Shown here piece after piece: positions 1-13,337 of a stretch of DNA of 64,000 nt (the first letter of the stretch is position 1; each line of letters begins with the position of its first letter). The notes beneath the pieces are model-generated. The model had not been told where the DNA came from and did not search any database. It was given only the letters and a program-made list of their open reading frames with translations. A program made the position numbers and the translations under genes. The DNA is from Tubiluchus corallicola (Eukaryota > Animalia > Priapulida), in contig JAQGDQ010000036.1 in assembly GCA_030141605.1 (NCBI GenBank), positions 372,001 to 436,000 on the forward strand, read 5' to 3'.

Positions 1-959
1 TGATAGCGATACAAAAATCACAGTTCCATAAAAATTGTATAATTTAGCAATGAAAAAAGAAAAATGACTTAAAAGATGTTTCTAGCTAAGTAGCATCCTC
101 AGTTCAATTCAATTGCTTTAAGGTATCTTTGAGAAGAGACCGCAACTGAGTTCAACTCTAGGTCTCTATACCTTTGTAAGGTAAAATTGTAAGATACGCT
201 TTCACATCGACCTCTTTCCCAGTCTGGAAGGCACTTATCTCTAAGTGTAAGCCTAAAATTATAGTTAGCAGTTCAACCCTCGCCTAAAAGTTAGCGGCTC
301 TTCATCTAAGAAACTAAACTAAAAACATCCTATGTAAAATCCCTCCTGTTGTCTGTATGCTCTAAGTTTAAAGCTATTATGACCAGAAGTTGATGTGTTT
401 TTTATGTAAACATAAATTCATTTTTCAACACAGAATTAACAGTGGATCAGCGTAATTGCTTAACTAGAGCTTTTCAGCTTGTAATTGTATATAAAATTTT
501 TGCACATAAAATTTACAATGTAACTGTGTAACACTGCAGAGTGCAGAGAGCCTGCAAAATGCTGTATAAAAGGCATAAATAAAACGACTGCCATTAATCA
601 ATGCAAAAATATTACAAACTGATTATGATTCCACTAGATCTAGTTACTAATCATTGGCATTTTACAATGCTAATACTTATTCCACATTAGATAATCAGCA
701 AATACCTCTTTGTTGCTATTAAAGTTAACATGCTTTAAAAGATCCTAGTATTTATATTATTTAATGCTTCATAAGCAAAGACATCTTGCTTCACTCAACG
801 TACTAATGCCATATTATGATTGTAGCCATTACACGAAACATAATTTTTTTATTAACCAGCTGATATGATCACAACGTAACTGCAACACAAATCCAAATTT
901 CTTTAACAGACCATAAGATTGAGAAAGCAATTTCTCTCCAAAAAAGGAAACAATACTGT

Positions 960-3075
960 TATTGCAGAAGGTTCACAACTACCTCAAGTTTTTCAGGAGG
1001 GATTGTTCCCATCATACTTATTGCATTACCTCTTTGCAGAGCAATGAATAAACATTGGAATAAAAACTTATTGATCTAATCTCCCTTGTGGCAAGCTGGA
1101 TGCCTTTGCCTGAGGCACTAAGGAATCTCTTCCCTTCAATACCACGAGTGTCAAAGGTTTCAATAGCAATCAGCACAAAATGGAATGTTGCCGAAATGTA
1201 TTTAGTATGTTTTCTAATTGAGCCACATGCCCTGTAGGGCTAGCTGAAGCAGCTAAATCTGAAAGTTCTAATGCATTCATACAAGTGAAATTCCAAAGAA
1301 ATGAACAACTTCGGTCCAAATTAAAGTAATTCATTCAGGCCTTTTGTTGTCTGAACTGGACAAACCCTAAAGTGAGCTCTAAAACTGAGAGAACATGACC
1401 ATAGGGATGCATCAAATATTTGGATCACCAATTTTTTTCCGAATATCGTCTGGTATAAAAATATGATCTAGAAAATTCGATTGCAATTACAAAAACATTT
1501 GGTGAACTTCGGTATACTAAAGTTACTTTTTAATAACTGTGATATTCAATGAAAATTATATTAAACAAGCCGAATATTCGATTATAGTGCTTATAAAAAG
1601 TTACCTGTAAAAAACTGGTAAAAACAGCGAACTCGACACAACGGCTGATATGTTGCTTTCTGTTTTGGTCAGATTGGTTTCTGTATGTTAACTCCAAAAA
1701 TGATATGCTCCGTCGAATGCGCAGTGTCATGTGTTATACATGACGAAATAAATCAATGAGAACTCGAACTAGTAAACAATTATATTGCAGTTTTGATTAT
1801 ATACTGTTTGTATTGATTGTACAAAACAGTTTGAATAGTTTTCTAAAAGAATTAGGGCAGCTTTTAAAGTTACTTTCCTACCTAACCAATAAATTAAAAC
1901 ACTAATTTAAAATGATAAAGTGTTACAGAGTTTATAATTCTTTTCATTTGGAATTACAAGAAAATTTGGTTCAGTTTCGGTAAAAAAATTCCACTCGGCT
2001 TCAGTTCGGTGTTCCAGTTCAACGTGATATTTTATTTGGAAGGCAGATCATTTGATTAAGCTTCAGTTCGGTGGCATTCAAGTACAAAAAGAAATTGGCT
2101 TTGGTTTGGTTGATAAAAATGTGTCTTCAGTGTACCCCTACGTGAACAGAAGATAAAACATGATAAATCAAATTATTGGCTGCCTGATATCTTGAAAAAC
2201 AGCCACTGCTTTTTAAACAGCTTATACATGAACTCCCGAACCATCCACAAAAATGTCTCATTACGAAGTTGATTACGAAGTTTATTATCGTCTAAATGCA
2301 GACACATTAAATGGGTAGGCATGACTAGAAGATACTGCTAAAGGCTGCACTTCATCCAACCTCAGAAGAAGTTCTGGCAAACAAACTCTCAAAAGGTACT
2401 TCGATTACAGATTTGTCCCAATTTTTTGGGAAGTTGTGTCAGGTAAAGTGGTAAGAAATGCATAAGCTTTTTCTGTCCATAATGATTTTGCCAAAACTAA
2501 AGTAGCATAAGAGTTAGAGGTTGTAACTTTTGAAAGAATTTCTTGCGCTAAAGAAATCGAACCACTAGCTGGTGCCAGAAAGGCTGGAAGAGATAGCTGG
2601 GTGGCACTTCTTATATCAAGCCCACTTTTTAAGCTGGCATGGAAGTTTGTAACCATACTGAATCAGACATATGTATGTTTAGTATTATGTGAAGAGTTTC
2701 AAGATATGGAGCAGTTTTGGAATAGAGAAACAATGTCTATGTGCATACACTGCATCATGTGCATCTAACAAGCTCAGCCAAGAACTAAGGAGCATTAATT
2801 GATCGAATTTGTTTTCCAAAATAGATGCCATGGCATCATTCCCCAAAAGTGCACCTAGCAGAAGTGCTTTGTCAGGGGACATTACTTTCATCCCCGAAAG
2901 AACTTCTTGCAATACAGATTGTGGAGCCAAAACTGAACCACCAATTATACCATCATCAAGGTACCATACATTAGAATGAACCTCAAGATTATCTGTCATC
3001 TCTTTGATAGCAAGACAAAAAATAAAGGTCCGAGTAGATCTCCATGTGGATCCCTATTGCTGATGTAATACTGTG
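960..3075 (-). mobile_element. Decayed non-LTR retrotransposon with restriction-like endonuclease (CRE-like clade), interrupted by a hAT MITE
   Basis: Minus-strand fragments occur in the expected order: GDLLGPLFF (~3030-3050), RT core WYLDDG, LLGALLG, HCFSIPKLLHIL, GLDIRSATQLSLPAFLA, a zinc-knuckle remnant (~2170-2250), then beyond the MITE FVLIAIETF and FQCLFIALQRGNA (~1022-1060). Many stops and frameshifts. Boundaries approximate. Confidence 0.8.
1402..2140. mobile_element. Non-autonomous hAT-type MITE
   Basis: Termini TAGGGATGCATCAAA ... TTCAGTGTACCCCTA form an imperfect TIR. Subterminal TTCGGT/CCGAA repeats. 8-bp flanks catgacca / cgtgaaca (6/8) fit a decayed TSD. Confidence 0.7.
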
Positions 3076-3354
3076 ATTTAGAAGAGATTGGTAGGTAATT
3101 GATAAGCAAGTTGAGCAAGAGGGTATAATTCCGATATATGTATTTCTTAATGAAATATGTGTGTGTGAAACTGTTATGTGTGAAGCAGTACATGTAGGTG
3201 TGTAATTATTTTGCTATTTTTTCTTTTACTCTTTTTTTATCATTTTGCTTAATTCGTTTTATTGTATAATCTATGCATGAACTGCAAGTAATGTATAATA
3301 AATAAAAAAAAAACGATAACGTTAATTTAGCAAATAATTCCATTAATTAACAAA

Positions 3355-3465
3355 TGCAAGCCCCCCTTTAGAACTGCAGGCCACCTGTCACAGTGAAAAA
3401 AAATCCTTTAAATTTCAATCTGCCATGGCAAATCACTGGCCTGCAGTTCAAAAGGGAAGCTTGCA
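3355..3465. repeat. Short foldback element / hairpin
   Basis: Arms 3355-3383 and 3437-3465 are reverse complements at 26/29 positions. Confidence 0.6.
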
Positions 3466-3978
3466 CTTATAACTCAGGCCACGGATGTCTGAACTGCTGC
3501 CTGAGTTTGCATACCTGCACTGATGAGACTAACAAAGGTATATTGGTTATACTGCTACATGATCATTGTTATCTAAGTGCTTACTAAATATTATAATTAT
3601 AATTAATATAATATCCACTTGCACTTCAAGCTACTGATCACTTAATTAGAAAGCGCGTTATCAATTACACTATAATGCTTGACTTTAATACCTAGTTAAT
3701 AAAGGGATTGGTAGCACCATGTGCTAGCAGGTATAATTCTGACTCCTAAATTTCTAAATCCCTCATGTTATTTAGGATCACAAATGTTGTCAGTCATGTG
3801 GATGTACAGAAAACAAACATTCATGGCCTCTATCTAAAATGAGAAATTTCTGATGACATTCAAGCACTTTCAACAAGGGCTTCCCAAATTAAGTATTTGT
3901 GTTTTTAACTTTTATTCATGTATATGACTGTTATTTATTTTCAGTTTTTGTAAGTTTTTCTTTTCTTTTGCTTTTCAG

Positions 3979-4080
3979 CCTACTACACCAATAGTATCAC
4001 CACAAGAGGAGCAAGAGAAGTTGCTAGAAGAAGCCCTTGGTGTCGTAAAAAGTCAGTCGTTTCAGATGAAAAGATGTTTG
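3979..4080 (+). CDS. VPS35: VPS35 coding exon ([34 protein letters not shown])
   Basis: Pyrimidine tract plus cag acceptor, gtacat donor. Matches the VPS35 N-terminus right after the initiator Met. The upstream ATG exon was not located. Confidence 0.95.
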
Positions 4081-5199
4081 GTACATTATGTTTACAAAAT
4101 TTACTCAATGATTTTTTCTTCTTGACTTTTGATGATGCAGTAAGTCTTTGCTTAATTGTGCTAATTCGTTCTAGTGAAACAAAGTTACAGGAAACATTCC
4201 AGGAATTGTTGACGATGCAGAAATCAATAATAATCTTTTTCGAAACAACAAAAACTCTTTGACCTGTAATAAAATTTCTTCTTTGAGAGCTTTTTCCTTC
4301 TTTTGTTTGCCATATCATTATCCAATTCAAGTCCTTAAATTTCATCATAAATAATGCCCAAACTAAGTTACAAACTGCACACACAGATTGGTCATATATC
4401 CATATAGAAGACAATGTGTTCACTTTCCTGCTCTAATTATTCTACTTGTATTCTGTGCAGCACCAAGTTATTTTAATAAGTCAAGTATTATTTCTAATGT
4501 TATAAGTTTTTTCAGTTTTATGCGAGCATATTCCTTGAGAAACGTTTTATAAACAGTGTTCATAGTAGAATTAAGTGAACTCTCTTAACTTTGCACATGT
4601 AAGCAGTGCCACAACATTTTGTCAGGTAGGGCACTGGGGACTGGTTTATGTCTGTGTGGACAATCACAATATGTAATCAGGTTGATTTTTGCCAGGGTCT
4701 GCCATTATTAGTATAGCATGTTCGCACTGTGAATTGGGTGGTAGCCATATTTTTGGAACAGTAAATCATAGATGCGCACCAGTCTGACAGCCTGCTAAAA
4801 TCAGTAATGTATATGTTCACATAGTAGTTTGCTTATCATTAGTAGCTGTAAAGTTTAAATCCCTCAAACAACCCCTCAAATTCGTAGTTAGAGCAAAATA
4901 TGTCGGTAAATGAGAAAAAGGTTTAAAGTTCATCGTCATTACAGTGTACCGAAGAGTCATTAAGCAAGAACCTACTGTACTTTGTTGTGAATATTTATTA
5001 ACCATCTGACTTTGATAATAAATATAATTAGATCGTTGGTTACACATTGTCAGAGTGCAATGTAAAATAACAAAAGAGAACAGTTCTAAATCACACAACA
5101 GCTACTTTGACAGTAGCATGGTATCTTTTATTCTAGCATGGTAATCAGAAGATGTGCTTACTACATAAGCTTTTTTTAAATATTGTGAATCTTATTTAA

Positions 5200-5834
<635 letters not shown>

Positions 5835-5958
5835 ACATGTCAATTTCTGATGAAATGCGACATTTGGAATTGTACCTGGTGGAGGAGTTCACTAAGGGTA
5901 GAAAAGTGGCTGATCTTTATGAATTAGTACAGTATGCTGGTAACATAGTACCACGTTT
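5835..5958 (+). CDS. VPS35: VPS35 coding exon ([42 protein letters not shown])
   Basis: taag acceptor, gtaagt donor. Together with the next exon it forms the conserved PRLYL motif. Confidence 0.96.
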
Positions 5959-6338
5959 GTAAGTTTACTTCTATTTGATAACCATTATAACTTTTATAAT
6001 TGAACTGTTAAATGATTGTGATCCACAAGTTTTGAAATGTTCTTGTCAAATGTCTTGTCCCTGAATCTTGTCAATTTGAAATACTACTGAAGTAAAATTT
6101 AATTTAATGTGAGAAGTCTGAAGCTAATACATTAAGAATGTACTATATAAGGTACACCTCTAGTTACATTGAAAGTACAAATGGCAGAAAGTTTGTTAGC
6201 ATGTGTACATTTGCTGCTAAACAAATGGGCAGCAGCTGAGTTACTACAACAGCTAAACAGCTCGTTACTTTTAATAATTATGTTGACATGATATCTTCAC
6301 AGAAGATATCTTCACTTACTACTACTCTTTATCAACAG

Positions 6339-6524
6339 GTATTTGCTGGTCACAGTGGGTGTTGTTTACATAAAATCGAATGAAAACTGCAGAAAGGATA
6401 TTATGAAAGACCTCGTTGAGATGTGTCGTGGAGTGCAGCATCCGCTAAGAGGATTATTTTTGCGTAATTATCTCTTGCAATGCACTCGCAATATACTTCC
6501 AGATACCGATGAAGATTTAAATAA
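6339..6524 (+). CDS. VPS35: VPS35 coding exon ([10 protein letters not shown]...[33 protein letters not shown])
   Basis: cag acceptor, gtgagt donor. Matches ORF-track 6343..6528. Confidence 0.97.
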
Positions 6525-6743
6525 GTGAGTAATGTTAGGTTATATTTGTTTGTCATCGTAATGTATTTGTCTGTGAAGACTGAAAGTTCTATAGTGCTTT
6601 TAGTGTAATGTCATGTATGAAGTGTGTAATAAAATAGGATTTTCACAGTCTTTGGGTTTATCTAGTCTCTTGTTTACTAGTACAGATGAATTTCCAAAAA
6701 ATGTAGTTCATTTATGTCAGTTTGAAATACTTGGTTTTTTTAG

Positions 6744-6812
6744 GAGCCGGTCAGAAATGGTGAAGGGAAGCAGCAGATATTCTGGTGATGCTGAAGAGCA
6801 AACGCATGGAAG
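6744..6812 (+). CDS. VPS35: Candidate additional/alternative VPS35 exon ([24 protein letters not shown])
   Basis: T-run plus ag acceptor, AG|gtaaac donor. 69 nt, phase 2-2, stop-free in the VPS35 frame and purine-rich. Confidence 0.6.
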
Positions 6813-6903
6813 GTAAACATCTTCTCATATTTAGTTATGTAAATGTAATGCTTTTGTCTGTTAGCCAGTGTACTTTTTACAGTTGTGTGGTATACTTTTC
6901 TAG

Positions 6904-7111
6904 TGGTGCAGGCACTATTGAAGACTCTACTGATTTTATCTTGCTCAACTTTGCTGAGATGAACAAATTGTGGGTGAGAATGCAGCATCAAGGACATTCC
7001 AGAGATCGAGAAAAGCGTGAAAGAGAAAGACAGGAATTGCGTATTCTTGTAGGCACTAATTTGGTTCGGCTTAGCCAGCTTGAATGTGTTGACATTGAAA
7101 AGTACAAAAAG
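6904..7111 (+). CDS. VPS35: VPS35 coding exon ([30 protein letters not shown]...[14 protein letters not shown])
   Basis: ttttctag acceptor, gtaggt donor. Highly conserved VPS35 block. Confidence 0.96.
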
Positions 7112-8059
7112 GTAGGTTAAAAATTGGATCTTTCTTCATTATATTACCTTATTTAAGACTTTACTTCACCATCTTTGCTTTCCTACTCTAACTGCGTATT
7201 GATTTGTCCTAGCAAAATAATACATTTCTCTTTAACTCCCAAGTGATAGTCCTGCCTCTTTGATATTGATAGGATGTGCCTAAACTAACGCACTCCAGCA
7301 TATTCTCTGTGTGCTACGCAGTTTCACATTATATGTTGTAGTGATAATATAAAAAATTTTACTTTGATATATTAGTAGTCAAATAATACCGCCAGTGGCA
7401 CACTGGCTAGATTGTCATCTTGCCCAATGGCAAGTGGGCCCCTTTAGACATTAGCAATATGTTAATATATAATATTACTTTTACAGTCGCCACATAATTC
7501 ACTAACAACACATTTGGCTCTCATGACTGATTAAGGTAGTATCCCACCAAATCTGATGCATTTTTTAATGTCTAATGTTATCCTTAAAGAATGTGCATGC
7601 CAAAAACCTAGCGAGTTTAATAACATAACAGTGCAGAATTACTTTGGCGCAACTTGCCCATTGTGCCGTGTGACTTATGAACCCATCTTAGACACCTATA
7701 TGTGTATTTAAATCTATATGTGTATGAAGATGTGGTATTGATTGCGATGCCATGATTTTCGCAAGAAAACATAGTCTCTTCGACAGTAAAAAGTCTTCAT
7801 GAAAAATATTGAAACTGATACACAATTTATGCACTAAAATTTATTAAAAAATTCAAGTGTAACTCTGCATTTGCACTCGGTATTTCCATGTACTAAAGTG
7901 ATATGTCCAGTACACGTTCACAGTAATTAGTAAACAATATACATTTTTTTCGCAAAAATTATAATTGCACCTTTTGGTTTCCATTTATGTATTTTTTGAA
8001 AATTTTATTTATCGACAAGAAATATTTTTAGACCCCCGTCTACCACTGAACACAGCCAT

Positions 8060-8462
8060 TTTAACAGAAATAGCATAGTATAATACACCACCAAAATAAA
8101 TTAACATTTTATTAAATTATATTAAAACTTGAACAAATCCTTGTTCACAAATAAGTAAAATTACAATGTGGCCTATCGTATGAAATTCTAGTTGAATTAG
8201 TCAATTCAAGTCAGTTCTGTTACGCAATGATAAGATTTGGTTTATTTTTGTAGTCCTCTGCCATATGCACAGTGTTAAGAGATGGATTTAATGATCTAAT
8301 TAACAGTTTCAACTAGAATTTCACAAGATAGGCCATATAGTAATTATTGTCATTTTAGTTATTTTGTGAAATATATTTGCTTTTGCTAAAATTTTAATAT
8401 AATTTATTAATTGTTAATTTATCTTGGTAGTGGGTTGCATTACTAATTAGTTGCTGTCTAAT
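8060..8462. mobile_element. AT-rich foldback MITE (~400 bp, largely palindromic)
   Basis: ggcctatcgtatgaaattctagttgaa (8170-8196) pairs with ttcaactagaatttcacaagataggcc (8308-8334). Looser complementarity extends outward to both ends. Confidence 0.6.
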
Positions 8463-9003
8463 TAGGCATTTCCTAATTATGATCATATCTGATGAACATA
8501 ACATTGTATAATTTGTCAGATATCATACTAGTGCTTTTTGCAGGCATTTGTATAATCAAACCTGTTTTCAGTAATTTTGTCTGACTAGCCCGAATGCGAA
8601 AAAAACTCGAGCACAAATGTATTACATAAACAATGAATTATTTCAAGTTTCTCAGCTGAAAATTCATATTTCTTGCTACATTTCCATAAATTGACAATGC
8701 ACTTGGATTGTGATTTTCATAAACTCAAAGCCTACTAAAAACAGTGATAATTATTTTTTTCATTTTTTGTATTCAACATGTAACAGGTAGAGCTTCCAGA
8801 CTTTTAAGGATGATTTTGTATCAAAACAAATATTCCATTACTTATTTTCTTGAAAGCCTGAGCCTTTACTGCTCTTGAAAAACTTGTTAATATTTTAGCT
8901 TTACTTATTCTCTGTTCATAATTTTTACCCATAATAAAAATCTGCATATTCTGTAGCTTCACATAATGGTATCTATTTTTACCTATTTTCACTTCATTCA
9001 CAG

Positions 9004-9087
9004 GGCGTTTTGCCAGGAATACTAGAGCAAGTTGTAAGTTGCAAGGATGCCATTGCCCAAGAATATTTAATGGAGTGCATTATACAG
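9004..9087 (+). CDS. VPS35: VPS35 coding exon ([28 protein letters not shown])
   Basis: cag acceptor, gtgaga donor. 84 nt. Confidence 0.96.
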
Positions 9088-9527
9088 GTGAGAAATGTAT
9101 TTTCTTTTTCAGTACATGTTTTTGTGCTTTTTGCAATAAGTTAATGACTGTTTGTGAAAGTTATTCTAGAATGCTGGTTATCTAGGATGTCAATGAAATT
9201 TTTGTTGTATGCTATAGTTTTTGCTGAGATATCTAATGAAGTCATATTACTTACCTAATTCAGTTCCATTCTTACTTTTCGAACCTTGTGGTTAACTTAT
9301 CACAATCAGTCATATGACATTTTTAGTGTCTATTTAGCAAACATTTCATTATAACATACTATAATTATTGCCACTTTTAATTTTAGTATATGATCAGTAA
9401 TGTATAATAGCATGTGTATATATTGAACGATAATAATATTGTTGTTTTGACATATGTTATTTTCTGTGCAAACAAGGTGCTTTGTGGGATGAGTATGTTT
9501 TTTTATTATTGCTTAATTTTAATAGTA

Positions 9528-10549
9528 CAGTAGGCTTCGCTTAATAGACTCTTTGGGACAGAAGTGTTTTGACCCAATTAACCAACTGAATCTATTAACT
9601 GGCAGATATAGTATTTCTCATACAGAAGTGTGAATCACCAGCTTAGTATGCACTGCAAGGGTTTTTAATGAATTTTAGAAACAAAGTAATGCCTTATTTC
9701 CTAGTCGGTTATTTAAATATATTAATTTATAAAGTGAATTAATAAAAAAAGAATAAAAAACTTTTTTATTTTCTAAATCACACAAGTCTGTTTGCTTACA
9801 AAAATTTGTTTAAGGTCAGATGATTCATTTTTTGCGAAGAATCTAGCGTGAAACAGTCTTGAATAGCACGTTCAGTAATACATTTGTGCGTTAATTCAGG
9901 ACGTAGCCAATAAGTGCAGCGCATTGAGAAGGCTGGTTTTTTAAACCAGGTTATTTGCACTTAACTAAGAAGGTGCTTCTTTGGAATCCATCGCTTCTGA
10001 ATCTCGCATCTGCATTTTTTCTGTAGTAATCCTTTAGTGTTTGAATAATGCCATGATCACACTGTTGAATAAGCAATATGGTGTTTGCTAATAAAAATAT
10101 AACTTTAAATAATGTGATTTAATGATGCATTGACTACATGGGTAATGCAATTGTCTACCATTAAAATGATGTTTTCTTTAAGCTTGCATCCCATTTCACT
10201 AAAACAACATTCATTAAACAACGCAGAAATTCTTGGGTAATGAGGTTATGCACTGGACCCGCGAGTCAAAGAAAAACCCGTAAGCTCACATATTAGCATA
10301 TGATAAATGTTCTTGCTTACAAACAAAACGATACTTAACATGATTGTTTTTACGTATGACTTGAATGTCATGAAAGCTTATTGGTCACACAGAAGTGTCT
10401 TATTGAAGCTTGTGAAGCACACATATTGAGTCAATTATCAGAGTTATTTGAGTCTATTACATCTGAATAGAGGCAGCCTGTACCAGGTGTTTTTGGGTCA
10501 ATTAGGCAACTGATTCTATTAACGTGAGTCTAATAAAGAGCGCCTACTA
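9528..10549 (-). mobile_element. pogo/Tigger-like Tc1/mariner deletion derivative
   Basis: TIRs CAGTAGGCTTCGCTTAATAGACTC ... GAGTCTAATAAAGAGCGCCTACTA, flanked by TA. Minus-strand DDE_1-like remnants (ILMVDNCITH ~10135-10165; IQQCDHGIIQTLKDYYRK ~10017-10070). Confidence 0.8.
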
Positions 10550-10742
10550 TATTTGTTACTGTAGTGATAGGTTTTTCTTGCTTTGAATTTTGCGCATAAC
10601 GCTTTTGTGGAACCTTGCTGGTATCATGTTAATTACTTTGTTATAAAATTCTGTATTCTAAGTATATTGGAGATGGCAAGAAAAACTTTTGGATTTATTG
10701 GATTATTTTTTTGAATTTCTAATGTATTTGATATTTTTGTAG

Positions 10743-10880
<138 letters not shown>

Positions 10881-11214
10881 TAGTTTCTTTAGTTTTTAGT
10901 AGCTATTTCTCTACACAAAATTTTTTAATTCATGTTCATACTGCTAGCTTATAATTTCCTCAAACTGTTATAACAATTGTTACATCAACTTTGATGGGAC
11001 TGTTGATGGTTACAAGCTTTCATTGTGTATCTCATGTTACATTTCCATTATTACAATTGGAGACATTTGTGATTCTGATTTTTGCTTTAACAGCAGCTAT
11101 ACAAATCATTAAATTCTAAAAGTACTTTTACTTTTCATATTCAGAAATTTATGCTGTCATCCAGTACTAGTTGCTTCATCGGGTGTTATTAGGTTTGCTA
11201 CTGTTAAGTCTGGT

Positions 11215-12593
11215 TATTAAGATTTTGCTATAGCAAAATCTTTCTGCTTTTCATCCAGTTATTTCTTTATTTATCCTTATTTATTCTCCCCAACTTTAAT
11301 GCTTAACAACTTATAAGCCTTGCAAGCTAAGGTCACCAAACTCACAGGTTTGGTAGACTTAGGCGAGGGACGAACAATAGCGTGGTGACCTTTGACCTCT
11401 GGTCAGTGGGAAAGGGCAGTGGGCATCAGTCAGTTTTTCCTTTATAACAACTCCTAGGGCTTGTGACTTTTTTCTAATCTTTCTTCACAAGTATTTGTGT
11501 ACCATGGGGTAGATGTGCACCTGGGGTTTTAAAAAGCTGACAAGTTTTAAACGTTTTGAGAGGGACCAAAACTCAATATAGGGTTATACCCACTTTTGCT
11601 GACTTTTTACATACTGAGGGCTAGGGACACAAAACTCACAGGGTACACTCTGTGGGCAAAGTTATCTATGTATACATGTGACCCAAGTTGCCGGGTCAAA
11701 GCGGTCTTCATTTATTTTTCTTTATGATCCATTTACTCCCATAGTTTTTGAGCTAGAGCCACATATTTGGCATGTTGCTAGGTGGGGTTGTGCTCTTGTG
11801 CATCACAAAATATGGGACGTGCTCATTTCGAAAAATTTTCAGCTATGGGCCAAAAAACAAAAAAATGGGGGTTGCAAACAGAAATGCTCCGAGTGTTGAG
11901 CAATAGTTACTTGTAGCACATCAAATGAATGATCTTGATGAGGCAAACTGAATAGTATAGGTTACAACTAGAATCGTTAACTTGTGACGGCACTAGGGGT
12001 AAAATAGGGGTTGAGGAAAAAATTGCCTTCCATTGTTAACCGGAACTAGCTTGTAGTACATCAAATCAAAGGACTCAATGAGACAAATTGAATGGTATAA
12101 GTTACACCAAGATTGGCTCTAGTAAAGGGTCAAAAACAGAAAAATTTGGGTCGGGAACAGAAATATATTTATCGAGCAATAGTACTATCTAGCATATCAA
12201 ATTGAAGGTCTCGATGACGTGAATCGAATGGTATAGATTACAATGAGAATCGTTAACCTGTGACTCTTTAGGGGCCAAATTGGGGTCGAGGAGACAAATG
12301 CCTTCCAAAGTCGACTGGAAGTAGCTTGTAGTATATCAAATGAAAGGTCTCAATGAGACAAATTTAATGGTATAAATTATGCCTCAACTGACTGACCTCT
12401 CAACCATTGGTAATTTGTTAAAAAGTTGTAAGTTGGGATTTTGTTGTGAAGCGCAGTTCCTGTGTAATCGATCAACAATGCAAATTCAGTAAAATCTAAA
12501 TTATAATTTTCAATCAAAAGGCTAGACCCAATTCTGTAAGTATTGTTTGCAAAATCTTCAGTTTTTGACCATGTCAGAAATATTGTCAACTAG
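11215..12593 (+). mobile_element. Non-autonomous Helentron/HINE-like rolling-circle element with internal tandem arrays
   Basis: 5' palindrome GATTTTGCTATAGCAAAATC (11221-11240) followed by a TTAT-rich tract. Internal diverged ~140-160 bp units. 3' copy of GCAAAATCTT (~12549), short hairpin tttttgaccatgtcagaaa, and terminal CTAG followed by T. Confidence 0.65.
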
Positions 12594-12944
12594 TAGTTAT
12601 CATTTATTTATTTATTATCATAGCTTTCATTACTCATTTACCTTGTTGTTTGTCTGCCTGTTTCACAGTAGCTTGTTACCTGCTTTCTTTTTCAACCATG
12701 ATCCTGTCATGTGCAGATTACTCACTTTAATAAATTATTGAACTGACAAGGTGATGTTGTCTCTAGGTTGTGTTGGTCCCAATAAATTGGAGTCATGTTT
12801 GGTGCTGAAATTTTCCAATATAGAACGTTAATTTGTCGAGATAGTTTTATTGCCATTTATTTTAACTTAGAAAGAGCTATAATGTTTGTAGTTCTTTGAA
12901 TGTGTAACATAACTGAAATAATACACCTTGTAATTTTTTGCTAG

Positions 12945-13041
12945 ATTAGCATTATATGCACAGCGAGAAGATGGGCCAGGCATTCCAGGTGATATACAGT
13001 TGTTTGACATTTTTTCTGAACAAGTGGCACTAGTTATTCAG
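12945..13041 (+). CDS. VPS35: VPS35 coding exon ([32 protein letters not shown])
   Basis: ctag acceptor, gtgtgt donor. 97 nt. Confidence 0.95.
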
Positions 13042-13337
13042 GTGTGTTTTGCTACCTGTTATATTATATTATCATCATTAGTTTCTCTTATAATATTTGA
13101 ATTTAATTTTTCTTCTATTAGCTCAAAATAAATGAGTTAAAATCATAAAAGGAATAAAATTTAAGATAATTTTTCCGGCTATTTATTAATCGTTTTTTAA
13201 TTAACATGTTTTAACATACTAGTTTTTCCTGATATTTGAAAGTAGACTGTTTTTGTTTGTCATTATTGTCAATTGAAATTTAAAATTTCAAGCTAATCTT
13301 GGTTTTCAAGTTAGCTTACTGGTCAATATAATTTCAG

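Noticed and set aside
1-3978. VPS35 ATG-containing first exon
   Set aside because: No convincing ATG|GT donor or promoter context was seen. It is probably upstream of the window.
11898-12380. CRISPR-like repeat-spacer array
   Set aside because: Eukaryotic context, diverged repeats, 'spacers' homologous to one another and no cas genes. It is a tandem array inside a transposon.
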